Origin: Azolla caroliniana
Taxonomy: Eukaryota; Plantae; Polypodiophyta
Assembly (NCBI GenBank): GCA_043228905.1
Contig: JBHGNT010000015.1
Span: forward strand, 6,882,001 to 6,946,000
Direction of reading: 5' to 3'
DNA length: 64,000 bases
The notes beneath the pieces are model-generated. The model saw nothing but the letters and a program-made list of their open reading frames with translations, made no database searches and was not told where the DNA came from. Below, in pieces: positions 49,452 to 62,482 of this stretch (its first letter is position 1; each line of letters begins with the position of its first letter). Both the position numbers and the translations under genes were made by a program.

Positions 49452-50499
49452 ATGTATGTGTGTGTGTGTGTTGTTGTAACATGTGTACATTCTCAACGAT
49501 GGTATATCCATGGTGTGGTCATTACATTAAGACATGACATAACACAACAATATATTAGAGTCGCAATACAAATAGTACATTACATCTTGCATGGAGAGAG
49601 AGAGAGATTCTATTATCATCTTCGGAGGTCCAATATGAGCAATGAGAGAGAGAGAAAGATGTCTTTGTATAATGATGATGAACATCACTAGAGATAGGAA
49701 TATGTAGACAGAGAGAGAGAGAGAGAGAGCAACATGGGACATGATCATCGTGAAAAGTTGTGGAGAGAACAAGAAGAGAAAGACTAGGGATGGCTACGAA
49801 GTCGAAGAAGGGTACTAGGTAAAAAATTTAATTGTAATACAATAAAACAAGCAATTAGATTTTTTCATCATTAGTGTAAGGATTTGTTTCAAGAGGTTAT
49901 GGTTGGAACATACAGTGCTACTTACATGCATCATGTGGGGTAGAAACCCATTGTTTAGTAGAGTTTACTTGTCAAGCTAGTAAAGATATACAGTGTAGCT
50001 TCAACAACCAATATCGTTGTTGGTCTACAAAATACTTTGAAAACTCCTCTTTTGCGTGCAAATAAAGTTTTGAGAGAATTTGGCCTCATCCACCATATTC
50101 AAAAGTTGAAACCACCACTTTCTAAGATGATGATGTCAATGTGTATTGTCCACATGCCTCTTTCCATTAACATGCAATAACACACTACTTGACAAGTTTT
50201 ACATCTAACAGCATATCATTATGTGTATAACAAATTTCGTTATGTGTGGTGTATGTAAATGTGTACAATCATGTTGCAAATGCCACCAACATTGAAAATT
50301 AGGGGAGAATATTATTAGTGTCCATTGTGGTCAACATTCTTTCCTAGCAATTGTAAGAGGAGAATAATATTCTTCACAATTATATAAGTCGATAGTATTT
50401 CCCCCTACAAGGGACATCACGAACTTTACATGCACGACATCAACTCTATTCCTTGGAATCTACTTAATATAATATTGACCAACCTGCAAACATAGCAAC

Positions 50500-51500
50500 C
50501 CTACAAACTTTATTCCTAGTATTACCAGATTAGATGACCGTTGAACAACTTAGTATACTTCAACTAATGAAAAGAAGAAGAAAAAGGGTAGGTTACTCCA
50601 AGATATTCTTGACTTTCTCATGCAAGTTGTCATGTTAACATATATTATTAGCTCCCCATCAATCGGTGTGGTTGTTAATTGGACACACTCTTTGGTGTTG
50701 GTAAGAACTAAGGGATGAGACAAATCAATCATTCCTCAATATGATATTGTCATACCATTTCATCAAATTACACATGCTCAAATGATATTTGTTTTATTTG
50801 TGTTGATGATGCATCATGATCACGTAACATTCATCGTATTCACGTGTCCTCTCGGCAATGAATAAAAAATAGCAAACGGGTCCTCTCGTGGTTTCATAAA
50901 CCTACATATGTACAATAAAAGGATTTCAAAATGCCTTTGGTTTAACTCACCTATTAGGGTTGTTATGTACTTCATGTAAACCCCATCCAACTTCATGGAT
51001 AGATCGTAATCAGTAAATGTATTAAAACCCAATATTTTATCATGCCCCCATGGTTTGCATCACGACGTATCAAACTTTAATATTGATCCAAGAAAACTTG
51101 ATTGGAGGACCACATTATAATATAGATAAGGAGTTCTAGTCAATAAACATAATTATAAATATACCCACAATCATGTATCTTAGGTATTACCATGCATTAA
51201 CCAATAAGTAGGATAGTAGTCACATTTACATAGTTAGGCAATGATGGCGTCTATTTCCAATTGAGTAGCTATAAGTTACATATCGAATGTATTCATTTAA
51301 TGCCCAAACCTTACCACAATGGATTAGTTGTGTGGCATACACTTCCTTATGCCAAATGCTTCTAAGAGTAGACAATTATCCACCTTGCACCTACATTGAA
51401 TGTTTGAGGTAAACAATGGTTACAACAACTAATTATGCTACTTACGGGTGGTTGATGATCAGGGACACTATAAAATCATTGTAATGTTCTATGATATTCA
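50500..51500 (-). mobile_element. Highly degenerate L1-type LINE RT remnant
   Basis: ICRFMKPREDPFA resembles RxxRQGDPL, and a YLGV-like motif lies downstream; weak. Confidence 0.3.
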
Positions 51501-52464
51501 TGTTTTTTCAAATTTGGTAGCATCCTAGAATGCCATGTTGCATATACTAGAGACAAAATTAATTTGTTGTAGTATCATGTTATGTTGATGCTTTAATTGG
51601 AAACACCAAATCCCATGAATTATGAACAAACTTGTGTTTATATGCAAATGATTTTTTAATGTGGGAAACAATAAAGATGAGTTGAGAGCCCTAGAATCAT
51701 ATCCAGATAAGTTAAGTTGCCATCTAAACTCAGTGGTTTAAGTGTATAATATAATATTATCTACATGACAAGAATTAGCAAGGCTAATATTAGCAAACTT
51801 GACTTTATTCATCGATATGCTTGAATTGTAATATATCTTATTGCTCTTTAATTTGAAAATTTCCTCCATTATTCGTTATGCAAGCTATATTTGTTTTACT
51901 CAAGTTCCATTGACAAAAACACTAGCTAGATTCCAAGCTTACGATCTATGGTACATTTTCGAAAAGATCATTTTATGAAAATTCAAACATGATTAAGGAT
52001 ATGCTTGACAATTGAAACTCTTGGTTGAACAATGATCAACACTGACATCCATGATTGTCGAGTCCTCGCCCACATGATGGACCTCTTTCTCAAGCATTAA
52101 CACACTTTCTCTTGTCGACTACTTGTGTTGCCATTGTTTCATTCTTATGACTGGCATAAGCGAAGAGTGAAGAGTGCAAGCCGACGAGGGATGTGTTTGA
52201 AAAGAGTGAGTTATTAAGGCTCAAATAAGTTTATGTAAATGTCAAGAAATGGCACAGATATACATACATACACACACATACATGCATACATACATACATA
52301 CACATGTGTACACACAACTACATACACATACAGACACATATACATATACATACACACACATACACACACACACAATTTGAAAAGAGTGAGTTATAACGTA
52401 TTACTACTTGAATAAGTTTATGTAAATGACAAGAAATGGAAGTGCATACACACACACACACATG

Positions 52465-52495
<31 letters not shown>

Positions 52496-53399
52496 GTATG
52501 TGTGTATGGAGAGAGAGAGAGAGAGAGGTTGGGCTTCTGTCGTGCCGTACACGAACTTCCTCCCCCATGCATGCAAAAGGAGAGGGCAAAAACGCAATTT
52601 CTTTTCCCCCTGATCTCGAGAGAAATAATGGCATGGAATGAATGGGTTTTTTTACTTGCTGAGTCTAGCCAAACCAGAATCTAAACTCTAGAAGAAGGAA
52701 AGACATGTGTGTGTCTAAATGATATATAATCAGAGAAAAAAAGAAAGTAGAGAGATGACGCTGTCAAATCAGATTGGACATCAATCCCACTGTTTTTTTT
52801 TTTACATACTATTATTGATTTGATTGGCCATGAAATTGGCACTCACTGCCTTTTTCTGTGTCTTGTGGGCAGAAGAAGACATCATTAATACATTCAAACT
52901 CATGATATATATATATATATATATAAAATATATTATATTAAGTTCATCCACCGCAGTTAATCCTCCCCAAATAATTCCATGATTCTATGCAATGATGAGA
53001 CCAAAGATCTTCCTTCTGCCCCAGAATTACTGTATTACTATTATTATTTATTACATCTCTGCATACAGATTGCTTCCCAAATTCATTATTAACTTTTGAA
53101 AACAAAAAAATTTTAAAACTTAAAAATAACCTTGCCCTTCCAAACAAGAAAAAGAAAAAAATTCGAAACAAAAAAAGAAAGACAAAGAAAAGACCTTTTC
53201 TTTTTGTTTTGCACGTTATAACTTAATAAGCTATGGCGCTATAGTACGCCGCTACATCTAGAGCCACCCATGATATTTATTGTATGTCTAAATTTCGTTA
53301 GCCTTCTTCATTTATTTTCTTCACTTTTATATGATTTTTAGTTAAGTCTTTTTTTTTTGTTGGAAGTAGAAGTAGGCTTTTGCTTTGGGATATAAAACT

Positions 53400-56300
53400 G
53401 ATAGAAGAAGAAGAAGATGATGATGATGCGAATCTCTCCACCTTTCCCTAGGCTTCCTTCCCTATTATCATTACGCTTTATTTAGTCATATACTTCCACA
53501 CCCTTTCTTTTTTAGCATGATTTTGGATTGCTTCACACATTTCCACATCTTCTAGATCCCCGTGTTGTCTTAGGGTAGACACATGATCCATTGACTTTCC
53601 ATGTCTTTGTTGAGCTTTATAATTCCACCTCAAACCTTTTGTTATGTAAGTAAAGGTTTCTACATATTGGGTGTTATGCAAGCTACAGTCCATATGGAGA
53701 TCCATACTGTAGACCAAAGAAAGCTTGTTATGCGTTATGGGCATCTTCAGCACTCCGTCCTTTGAATGATTTCGATCTGATGGGTTGTTAGATTTTGGTG
53801 TGTGTTTCCTATTCATTGTCAACTGAACTATGTCCTTTCCACATACATCATGCCATTCCTATTCACATGATGTACATTAAGTTCATAATATATACGCTGA
53901 AGGAAGGACATTAGAAACATTTCCTGTCGAACCAAAAGTTATGAACTTCAAAGACATGTGTATTAACTCAACACATTGTCCTTTTTTTCTACATCATATA
54001 CCAATATAGTTCTTGTGGTCACTAAGGGTACCATCTAAATTTGGGTAGAAGAAGCATCCCTTCATGTAATGTATGTTGCACATAATTTTCCTCACATATC
54101 ATTAGTTGTGCTAGCATAGTGTTAATTCTCCTAGCCTTACCTTACCTAAAGATTTTGCAAATTGTTGAAAATGGTTCATGTTATATATAAAGAAGAGCAA
54201 ACATATAAAACAATGGAAGATAAAGGCATTTGTGTAAGTGTATAATTCCTATGAGCGTATGACATGAATGGTTGAAACACAATAGGACATCCTAAAAGGA
54301 TAACATGAAACAAATATTGTTATGATTGTGATCATGTTATCCTAATTTGTATGTCAACCAAATTTCATGTGGCATCAATCATAATAGGTTAATCTAGCAT
54401 TAAATATTTAGATTTTACCAATTATTCCTCGTGTAAGACCAAGCATAAAAGTCTAAGACGGCTTATAAATGGAAACTTAAGGAAATCACTAGTATCACAA
54501 TTGTGGGCTATATTATTTTTTGGTTGTCATTGGAATTTGGTAACCTTCAAGTGGCAATTTGGAAATTAGCACACACAAGAGTGAAAATTCAATATTTTAC
54601 GGCTCATAACATGAGCTTCATCTCTACATCGATGAGAAGAACTACCATCCTACAGTCTAGGACATCTTCTTGCACAACCATTGCAAGAAAGTATTACCGT
54701 TTTCATTTTTTTCTTTCAACTCTAGAAAAATGATGACATCATTGTTGAAAAGGCTACTTGTGCTCAACATGAACTCAAATTAAATTCATGAAGGACTTTT
54801 ATAATGAACACAACATGAAACCCATTGCTCTAAAACTAAACCCATAATGTTAGTGTTAGGAAGCACAAACTTTACATCTAGACGATCATATTTATATTTT
54901 GGAATAGACAAAGTCCAATGTAACTTGAAGGTGTGCTAATTCGTGATGTATATATAAAGGCAAAGCTTTCACATTGTGCTTTACAATATATGTTGGTGTT
55001 GGTTCACCTTTTTAACTACGAATTACCTAGCTCCATATGAGCATATATCTTGATTTTTTGCAAGGATGTCATTTGATGACATTACCTAGAGCAAGCTTGC
55101 AAATTCATCAATCATTGGGTTGTGGAAATAAAATTTGTAAAGCTACGTGTTTAAGAGATAAGTTGAATCATCACTTTAATCATCTCTGAGTGTAAAAAAC
55201 ATGAATAGTTTTTACAAGGAACATATGTTGAGTGTAGGAGCACAAGGCAAGTTAAAACCTTTGTGAAAGGTTTGAACCCACAACATTGGCGTACAAAAGT
55301 ATAATACAAGATCAAAAAATTTCATTTATGATTGTTGTCACATTGTATGTCAGTCTGACGCTTTATCTCCTCATAAATTATGAGATCACCATGTCCAATT
55401 CTTGAGTTTCTATTGTAGGTCTACTTCTTAACCTCCAACTTGCTGTTCTATTTGCCCACAATAATTGCAACATTATGGGAGCTTTTCCAAGAACACTTTA
55501 ACTTCATGATTGGCTTAATCCTATTGATATATAAATATTATGCATAGAAATAATTCTTTTGTGGTTCCAAAATAGCACAACTTATAAAACCATGATTGAT
55601 TTTAACATACCTCTTGGCTTACTCAACTCACAGAATCCTGAATCTAATTGTGGGGAAATGTATTTAAATTAAAAAATTATCAAACTTATGAGGAAGAACC
55701 ATGTGTAAATCAAGAGATCAAATACTTTCCTTCGATTTTGATCCTCAACTGTGAACTTATCTTCCTTACGAAACATTTTTATTTGTGAACCCTTACATGA
55801 AATTGTCTCGGAGTCGACAAACATCTTGACCCATGCATTGTCCTACATGGGTATTGATATTTGAGGCCTTTGCCTTGAAGCTTCTCATTGCAATCCATTT
55901 TTAGATTCATATTGAAATATATGTTAGTGGGCTTGGTGAGATTAAGGTAGGTGAATGAGGGATTAAGGAGGCAAAGATATCAAGTAGCTCTAGCTCTTGG
56001 AAAGAGTGAGACTCTAAAAATAAAGATGTACAAAACTTTATACGTTATTTACATTCAGGTTATCTACATATTTCTCCTTTGATGCATCTTTATAGACAAG
56101 CTTTATTTCCTAAGTATTCCTAGGGAGTTGCGATGAAGGGAAGATTCGTCATGGTTCTTCAATGCATAAAATCCTCTTGACCTAATGAATGCATAACATC
56201 CTCTTGACCTAGGTGGTTGAAGAGTTTAACCATAGGTTCTATGAAGCAAAAATTGGAATGTGGTGAAGGCATCCTATTCTAATGAGTGTTATGTACATTT

Positions 56301-56650
56301 GTCGTTAACTATTGAATGAGTAAAAGAGATTTGAGACTTGGTTTGTGTATATAGTTGATAGAAAACTAGGTAAGGCATGAATGACGAGAGTATATAAGCT
56401 CAATTTAGTTGCTATTTGTCAGGTTTAGTGTCAATGTCCAGGGTGAAGCCTTTCTCAAGCGTAACATAGTTGCAATGTTTAGGTTCTTCTGAAGACAAAA
56501 TTGGTCAGCGTTAAGCACACATTGTACGTAGCATGATTCATGAATACATCGACATCAACATGGGTGTGAACATTAATGTAATATTAGGAGAGAAGGGGGG
56601 GGGGGGGGGGGGGAACGCAAAATTACTCTTAAGAGGTTTATGTCAAATGG
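53400..56650 (-). mobile_element. Ancient degenerate retroelement, probably a LINE
   Basis: Decayed, coding-like, non-microsatellite sequence with scattered Trp-rich ORF2-like fragments. No intact motif. Confidence 0.25.
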
Positions 56651-57136
56651 CCACCCCAAAAGTGGAAGGGGATAAGCCATTTGTAAAAGTCTAAAAGTCA
56701 CTTTTTGTGATTGTTTAGCTTCTACTTGATTCTCTAGCTTTTCTTTCCCATTTAGTCTAAGCTAAAGCTCTCACTCTCACTCTCACTCACTCTTTCTCTC
56801 TCTCTCTCTTGTAATTACCTTACCTTAGTGGTAAGTTGTTAACACTACAAGAACTACGTCGTGGGTTCGAAACCCAATTTCTTCACCTCTCTATTATATA
56901 CTTCATATACTCTTAATTCTCTAGATGCCAATGTGGAACGTAGGGGTTGAACCCATGACCACTTGGTCTCTCTCTCTTCCATTACTTTATCATATGAGGT
57001 CTGATTTTGACAAGCTATGCCTTGAATTGAAGCTTGAAACTTGAAGGTCTATGATATGATCTAAGAAGATTAATTCTGTAATCAACAAAAGCTAACACGT
57101 TTCAGAGGTATCTTTCTCGTAGGGTTTGGTCCTACA

Positions 57137-58345
57137 ATGCCAAACACTTGTAAAGCAGCCACAAAGTTCTGGAGTATTATTGATAATGAGCCAAGATCAC
57201 CAATGATTCTTGATGCCAATGCAATAAACTCAGAAACAATGGACAAAATGCTTATGAGTCACTTGATTTTGCTTCAAGAAACCATAAACAAGCAAGGTGA
57301 AGAGATTACGACATGAAAAATGTATGCACAACAAAGTCGTGGGTCGACGTATATAGTGGGGATGTGGTATCAAACTCATCTATTATGCATGTGATGAATC
57401 AAGAAAAGAATATAGAAAGCATAGATGTATGAGAATTCAAAGAACGTTAATGACAATCAAAGAACATTGTCATCAGTGGAATTAAAGAGGAGAGTGTGGA
57501 AACACCCGCATCCCTTGGAAAGGCCATTGGTGAATTCTTTCACATGCATTATGGTATGTCGGATGTGAATGTATATGGGGCACACCAAGTTGGGAAATGT
57601 GGTGTTACTCGCTCCAGAGAAAGGCCTATTATATTCACAATGAAGGATGAGATAAAGTGGAGGATCGTACTAAAAAATAGTTGGGTATACCTCAAAGGTA
57701 CGCAATGCTTTGTGAATGAGGATCATACTATCTCACAACAAATTGCCCCTTGCAAAGAATATGAAGAAAAATTGAAAATTAAGGTTAAGGATGTGCCTAA
57801 TGACGGAAATGTAGGCAAATAAGGGCACATGACCTTTGAGACTAAACCACGTCTTCTATGACTATGCTTTTGAAATTGCAATGGATACCCATGGAATGAG
57901 GGATTTGGAATAGAGGAGCTCACCGATGACTCGGATATCACACTTCTTGTTGAAATATGGGAGATGATACTCACAAGATTCAAGGTTTAAAAAACTATAA
58001 TGTACACTCTTATATATGGGAGAAAAATCCAAGAGAAAGAAGAGGACAAGGAGGGGTGGCATGTTTGATTAAGATGGAAATAGAGAAATATGTGTCCATC
58101 ATAAAAAATGATGAGTATAAATGCTACATATGGCTCAAAATAGAAACACATAATGATTTGCCCACTTTTGTAATTGGATGTTACATTCCTCATCAATATT
58201 CTAACTTTTATGCTTATTTGAATAAACTTCATCAACCTTTTGCCAATCTATTCAAATCCAAAGGCGACGTTATTGTCTTTGGTGACATGAATGCTCATAC
58301 AAGAAGTTTCCAACTTGATGTACAAGAATCTTTCAGGCCACATAC
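57137..58345 (+). mobile_element. Non-LTR retrotransposon 5' part (RTEX- or CR1/L2-like): ORF1 (57137-57822) and APE endonuclease (about 57860-58345), disrupted
   Basis: ORF1 KNIVISGIKEE...HQVGK...RERPIIF...YLKGTQCFVNEDHT. Endonuclease F*NCNG...DITLLVEIWE...RGQGGVACLIK...YIWLKI...GCYIP...GDMNAHT. Confidence 0.8.
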
Positions 58346-58754
58346 CAATGGGCCTGGTTTCGGCTCAAACCAAACCGAACCGTTAAACTGTGGCTTAATG
58401 GTTTATTGGTTCGAAGATAAAAAAATAGTTTGAGTTGGTTTCAAATGTTATTGTTCAGTTCAGTTTCGGTTTGGTTTGATTTTGAATTTCATGGTTTAAC
58501 GGTTTTTTGGCTTATCAGTTTCGGTGTATGTGGTTCACTTTAAAGGTTTATAGGTTAAAAAATACTCCTAAAATTTCCTCCAAGCTCTAACTTTCAACTT
58601 TTTATTTTAAACCCTAATTTTAACTTATTAAAATTTGGTCTCATAGGTCATATTTAACCTCGGAAGATGATACTATAATCTATCTATCTATCTATCTCTT
58701 TTCTTTTCATAAATCAATGTTTGTTATTAAAACATGATGATAATACAACCCTTG
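58346..58754. mobile_element. End of a DNA transposon (probably hAT) interrupting the LINE
   Basis: LINE homology stops abruptly, followed by a cluster of AAACCG/CGGTTT subterminal motifs in both orientations. The partner end is not seen. Confidence 0.5.
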
Positions 58755-61700
58755 TGTAAAAGAATTATGTGTAGAAGCTTATGCGACTCACATAGAAACA
58801 CAGTCGGTTATCCGGAAGTACAACAGTTAGGTAAACACAAAGGAAGAGAGAGAGAGACTGAGTGGAGCAGACAACAAATGATTCTATTACAAAATGCTCA
58901 GTACAAACAATAGTGCTCAAATGCACTTTATATATACAAGCCCATCTAATAGGGCTACCATCAAGTACTGACATGTACTCCAATGCTCTTAAAATAGCCT
59001 CTAACACTAACTGCCTATATTTGACCTATTTACTAGAATAAGTCTGATTGGCACGTGTGACGTTCCGGATCGGTTTCCACAGTTGCTCCGTCATCCGGTC
59101 TAGATCCTCATCCAGATCCCACATCCGGTCTTTCATCCGGATCGAGTATCCAGCTTCTTCAGCCGATCCGGCATCCGGTTCGGAACCCAGTTCGGAGCTT
59201 AGGCTTATCAGCCTAAGTGGGCCAAGCCAAACCAGATTGATTCTAGTTTGGCCTATTTGTTGGTCCAGCCTGTCCGGCCCATGTTGAGCTTGCTCACTCA
59301 ACACTCCACCTCAACCTCAACTTGAGGTAGGTCGATCGTGTTAGCATCTACGGGTTGTTGCATCCTCCTCGTGCCATCACACCTTGCTCGTGCTCCTCGT
59401 CCGGTCCGATCCCACGTCCTATGACCCATATGGTCAGTCACTCCTTGACTCATCCGGTTTTGCGCACCTCGAGCCTTTTGGTCAGCATGTCTGCTCGTTA
59501 GGCCCTTCTTAGCTCCCTCGTTGTCACGGCCTTGGCGCCGTTCAACCCGTCTACTCCTTTGTTTTGGTGTTGGCTTCGGCTGCCCTCTTGTCCTCTTGGC
59601 GTTCATATAATTTAGCTCTCTCGAATCAAACTCCTCGATCGAATCAACTATCTCTGATTCGTCTTCTGTCTTGTTTGAATCGGTTTCTCCAACTCACCTT
59701 TCTTTTGGGCTTTGACCAAATCTACCTAGGTCTTGGTCCCAACCTTCACTTGGTTGGTTCCGCCACCAGTCTTGCCTCTCTTGGCTCTGGCTCCCCCTGG
59801 TTCGGTTGGCTCCAGCTCCGACTTGTTTCTTTGGCCACTCCCTGGTTTTTTTAGCCATCCCGAAATCGAATTCTACATCCGATTCAGCTTCGGAATTCAT
59901 CTCTCTCCTTTTCGCTCTCGCTTCTCACCCTCAAGTTTGGCATGTCGAGGTGTTCTAAGCCAATCATACTTGAAATGCCACAACTTTTCCAAGCCGAGAG
60001 GTTTGGTGAAGGTATCAGCAACATGCCGATCCATCGGAACATACACAAGTTCGACTTCACCGGAGAGAACTCACTCGCAGACAAAATGATGGTGCTCTTC
60101 AATGTGCTTTGTCCGGGTATGAAACATGGGGTTCTTGGCTAGCTGGATGTTGTAGAGGTTGTCATAGTATATGACTGTTGGCTCAGACACCTCCACTTGT
60201 AGATCCTTCAACAACCATTTGAGCCCTATGGCTTTGCAAGTCGCGACAACCGCTCCTCTGTATTCGGCCTCAATGATCGACAATGCAATTGTCGGTTGCT
60301 TCTTATTGCTCCATGCGATTGTGGAGCTTCCAAGTGAAAACACAAAGCTTGATGTGGATCTATGATCGCCGACATTTCCGGCCCAGTTGACATCTCTTTA
60401 GCCCAACTAATTGACCGACTTCACTGGTTCGGTACAACATCACCCTATCCTTAGTGATACTGACATATCGCAATATCCTTTGCACGTACTAAAGGTGTTC
60501 GGTCGTCGGCTATGAAATAAATTGATGGATCAAGCCGACTGGATAGCTGAGGTCCGGATGGGTGATGGTCAGATATATTAGGCTTCCGACTATCTATTGG
60601 AACCATGTCGGGTTGCATGTCGTTCTCGGTTTGGGGCGAAGCTTCATGTTTTGGTTTAGAGGAGTCGAGACGGATTTTGAAGTCTGTCATTCCGAACTTG
60701 AAGAGCATACTCAACACATAATGCCTTTGGTTGATCAGTATGCCTACGGGGGTGCGGATCACTTCGATCCGGAGGAAGTAATGAAGGTTCCCCAAATCCT
60801 TCATGTCGAATGATGCGGCAAGTTGGGACTTCACAAGGCCGACTTCATGTAGGTCGGCGCAAGCGATGACTATATCATCAACATAAAGCAAAATGCTTAC
60901 CGGCCCATGTCAACCCTATTGGATGAAGAGTGAAGAGTCTGATTTCTACGTAGCAAACACCATCCGAACAATCGTTGGATGACCGTCGCGTTCCAAGCAC
61001 GCGGGGCTTGCTTTAGTCTGTAGAGGGACTTCTTCAATCGACAAATGACCGATGTGTTCAATCTGGACTGAAATCCAGGAGGCTACACCATATACACTTG
61101 TTCCTCAAGTTATCCTTGCAGGAATGCTTTCTTCATGTCCATCTGGTGCAAGTGCCATCCCTTTGCAGTTGCAACCGCTAGCAGCACCCGGACGGTTGTC
61201 AGTTTGGCAACCGGTGCGAACATTTCATCGTAGTCGATACCGTGCTGTTGCACGTAGCCCTTGGCCACGAGTCAGGCCTTGTATTGGTTGACGGATCCGT
61301 CAGCGTTGTACTTAACTTTGTACACCCACCTGCACCTGATTGGCTTCACACCCTTGGGGGTGTCAACCAGGTTCCGTGTCTCATTTTCCGTAAGTGCGTG
61401 CATCTCTTCCTCTATAGTGCCATGCAAATTCGTGTCATTCACCATTTCTGCGTAGCTGTCCGGCTCAGTCACTTCCGCCACCTTCGCCATATACGCATAG
61501 TGATGCGCCATGTAGTCGTACCCGTACCAAAGTATGGAGTTCTTCTGGCAGGTTGATCAACACAACTTCCACTTTGCCAATTTCATGGCCCTCTTGGCCG
61601 ACTTCGATGTCATTTCCGGAGGTCCATCTTCGCTCTTGGCTGTGTCAGATTCACTTCGATCTGATACACCGGGCTTTGTGCCATTATTCCAACATCATCA

Positions 61701-62482
61701 TCTTCACCTTCTCTTTGTGTGTAAACCGTCTCCTCAGTCTCTAGCGCGGGAACTACACAATAGAGTCTCCACTACTCACCGGCTCATCATCCGGCTAATC
61801 GTTTCGACTCAACCCCTCATTCGGCCCACTCAGCCAAAATGAGATTGAACTCTCCTCTTGAGTTCGGATTTCTTCTTTATCATTGTCCTCATCTCCAGTA
61901 ATCGTCTCAGAGTCTTTAGGGGTCAGAGACGGAAGGGAGTACCACTACGCTGATTTGTCAAAGGCGACATCGTGGTTCACCTACAGTTTCTTCATCTGGG
62001 GGTTGTAGCACTTGTACCCTTTCTGCCCGTGCGAGTAGCTGACCACAATATACTTCTCGGCCTTGGCATCCAATTTCCTCTATCTCTCATCCCACACGTG
62101 CACGTATGAGATACTACGGAAAACCCTGAGGTGTGCCAAATTCGGCTTTTGCCTGAAATATAGCTCATGTGGTGACGTCTTTGCTCCGAAGGCAGATATC
62201 TGATTCTATATGTAGAAGACCATTCAGATTGTTTTAGCCCAATGGATCCTTGCATGCTCTTCTCCTCCAACATTTCCCTAGCCGCTTCTACCATTGTCCG
62301 GTTCTGTAAAACAGCCACGTTGTTCTGCTCCGGCGTGTATATGAAGGAGAACATCCTCCAAATTCCCTTTGTCTGCAAATAACTAGTGAACTGGCTGGAA
62401 AAGTATTCTTTTCTGCCATCCGACCACAGACACTTGATCTTCCTCTCTGTTTACCTCTCAACTAGACTTTTCAGGTCCCGAA
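58755..62482 (-). mobile_element. Ty1/Copia H (related to E): 3' LTR 58755-59303, RNaseH, RT and integrase; interrupted at 62483
   Basis: LTR termini resemble those of E. PPT at 59304-59313. MLYVDDI, KKQPTIALSIIEAEY, HTRTKHIE, KPIRCRWVYKVK and TPEQN motifs. Confidence 0.9.

Noticed and set aside
49745-49770. GTGAAAAGTTGTGGAGAG resembling a second miR396 star or target mimic
   Set aside because: Too many mismatches, and no complementary arm was found nearby.
56161-56212. Tandem TCTTGACCT motifs resembling TAS3 tasiR-ARF
   Set aside because: The similarity covers only about 9 nt, it is a local tandem duplication, and no flanking miR390 sites were seen.
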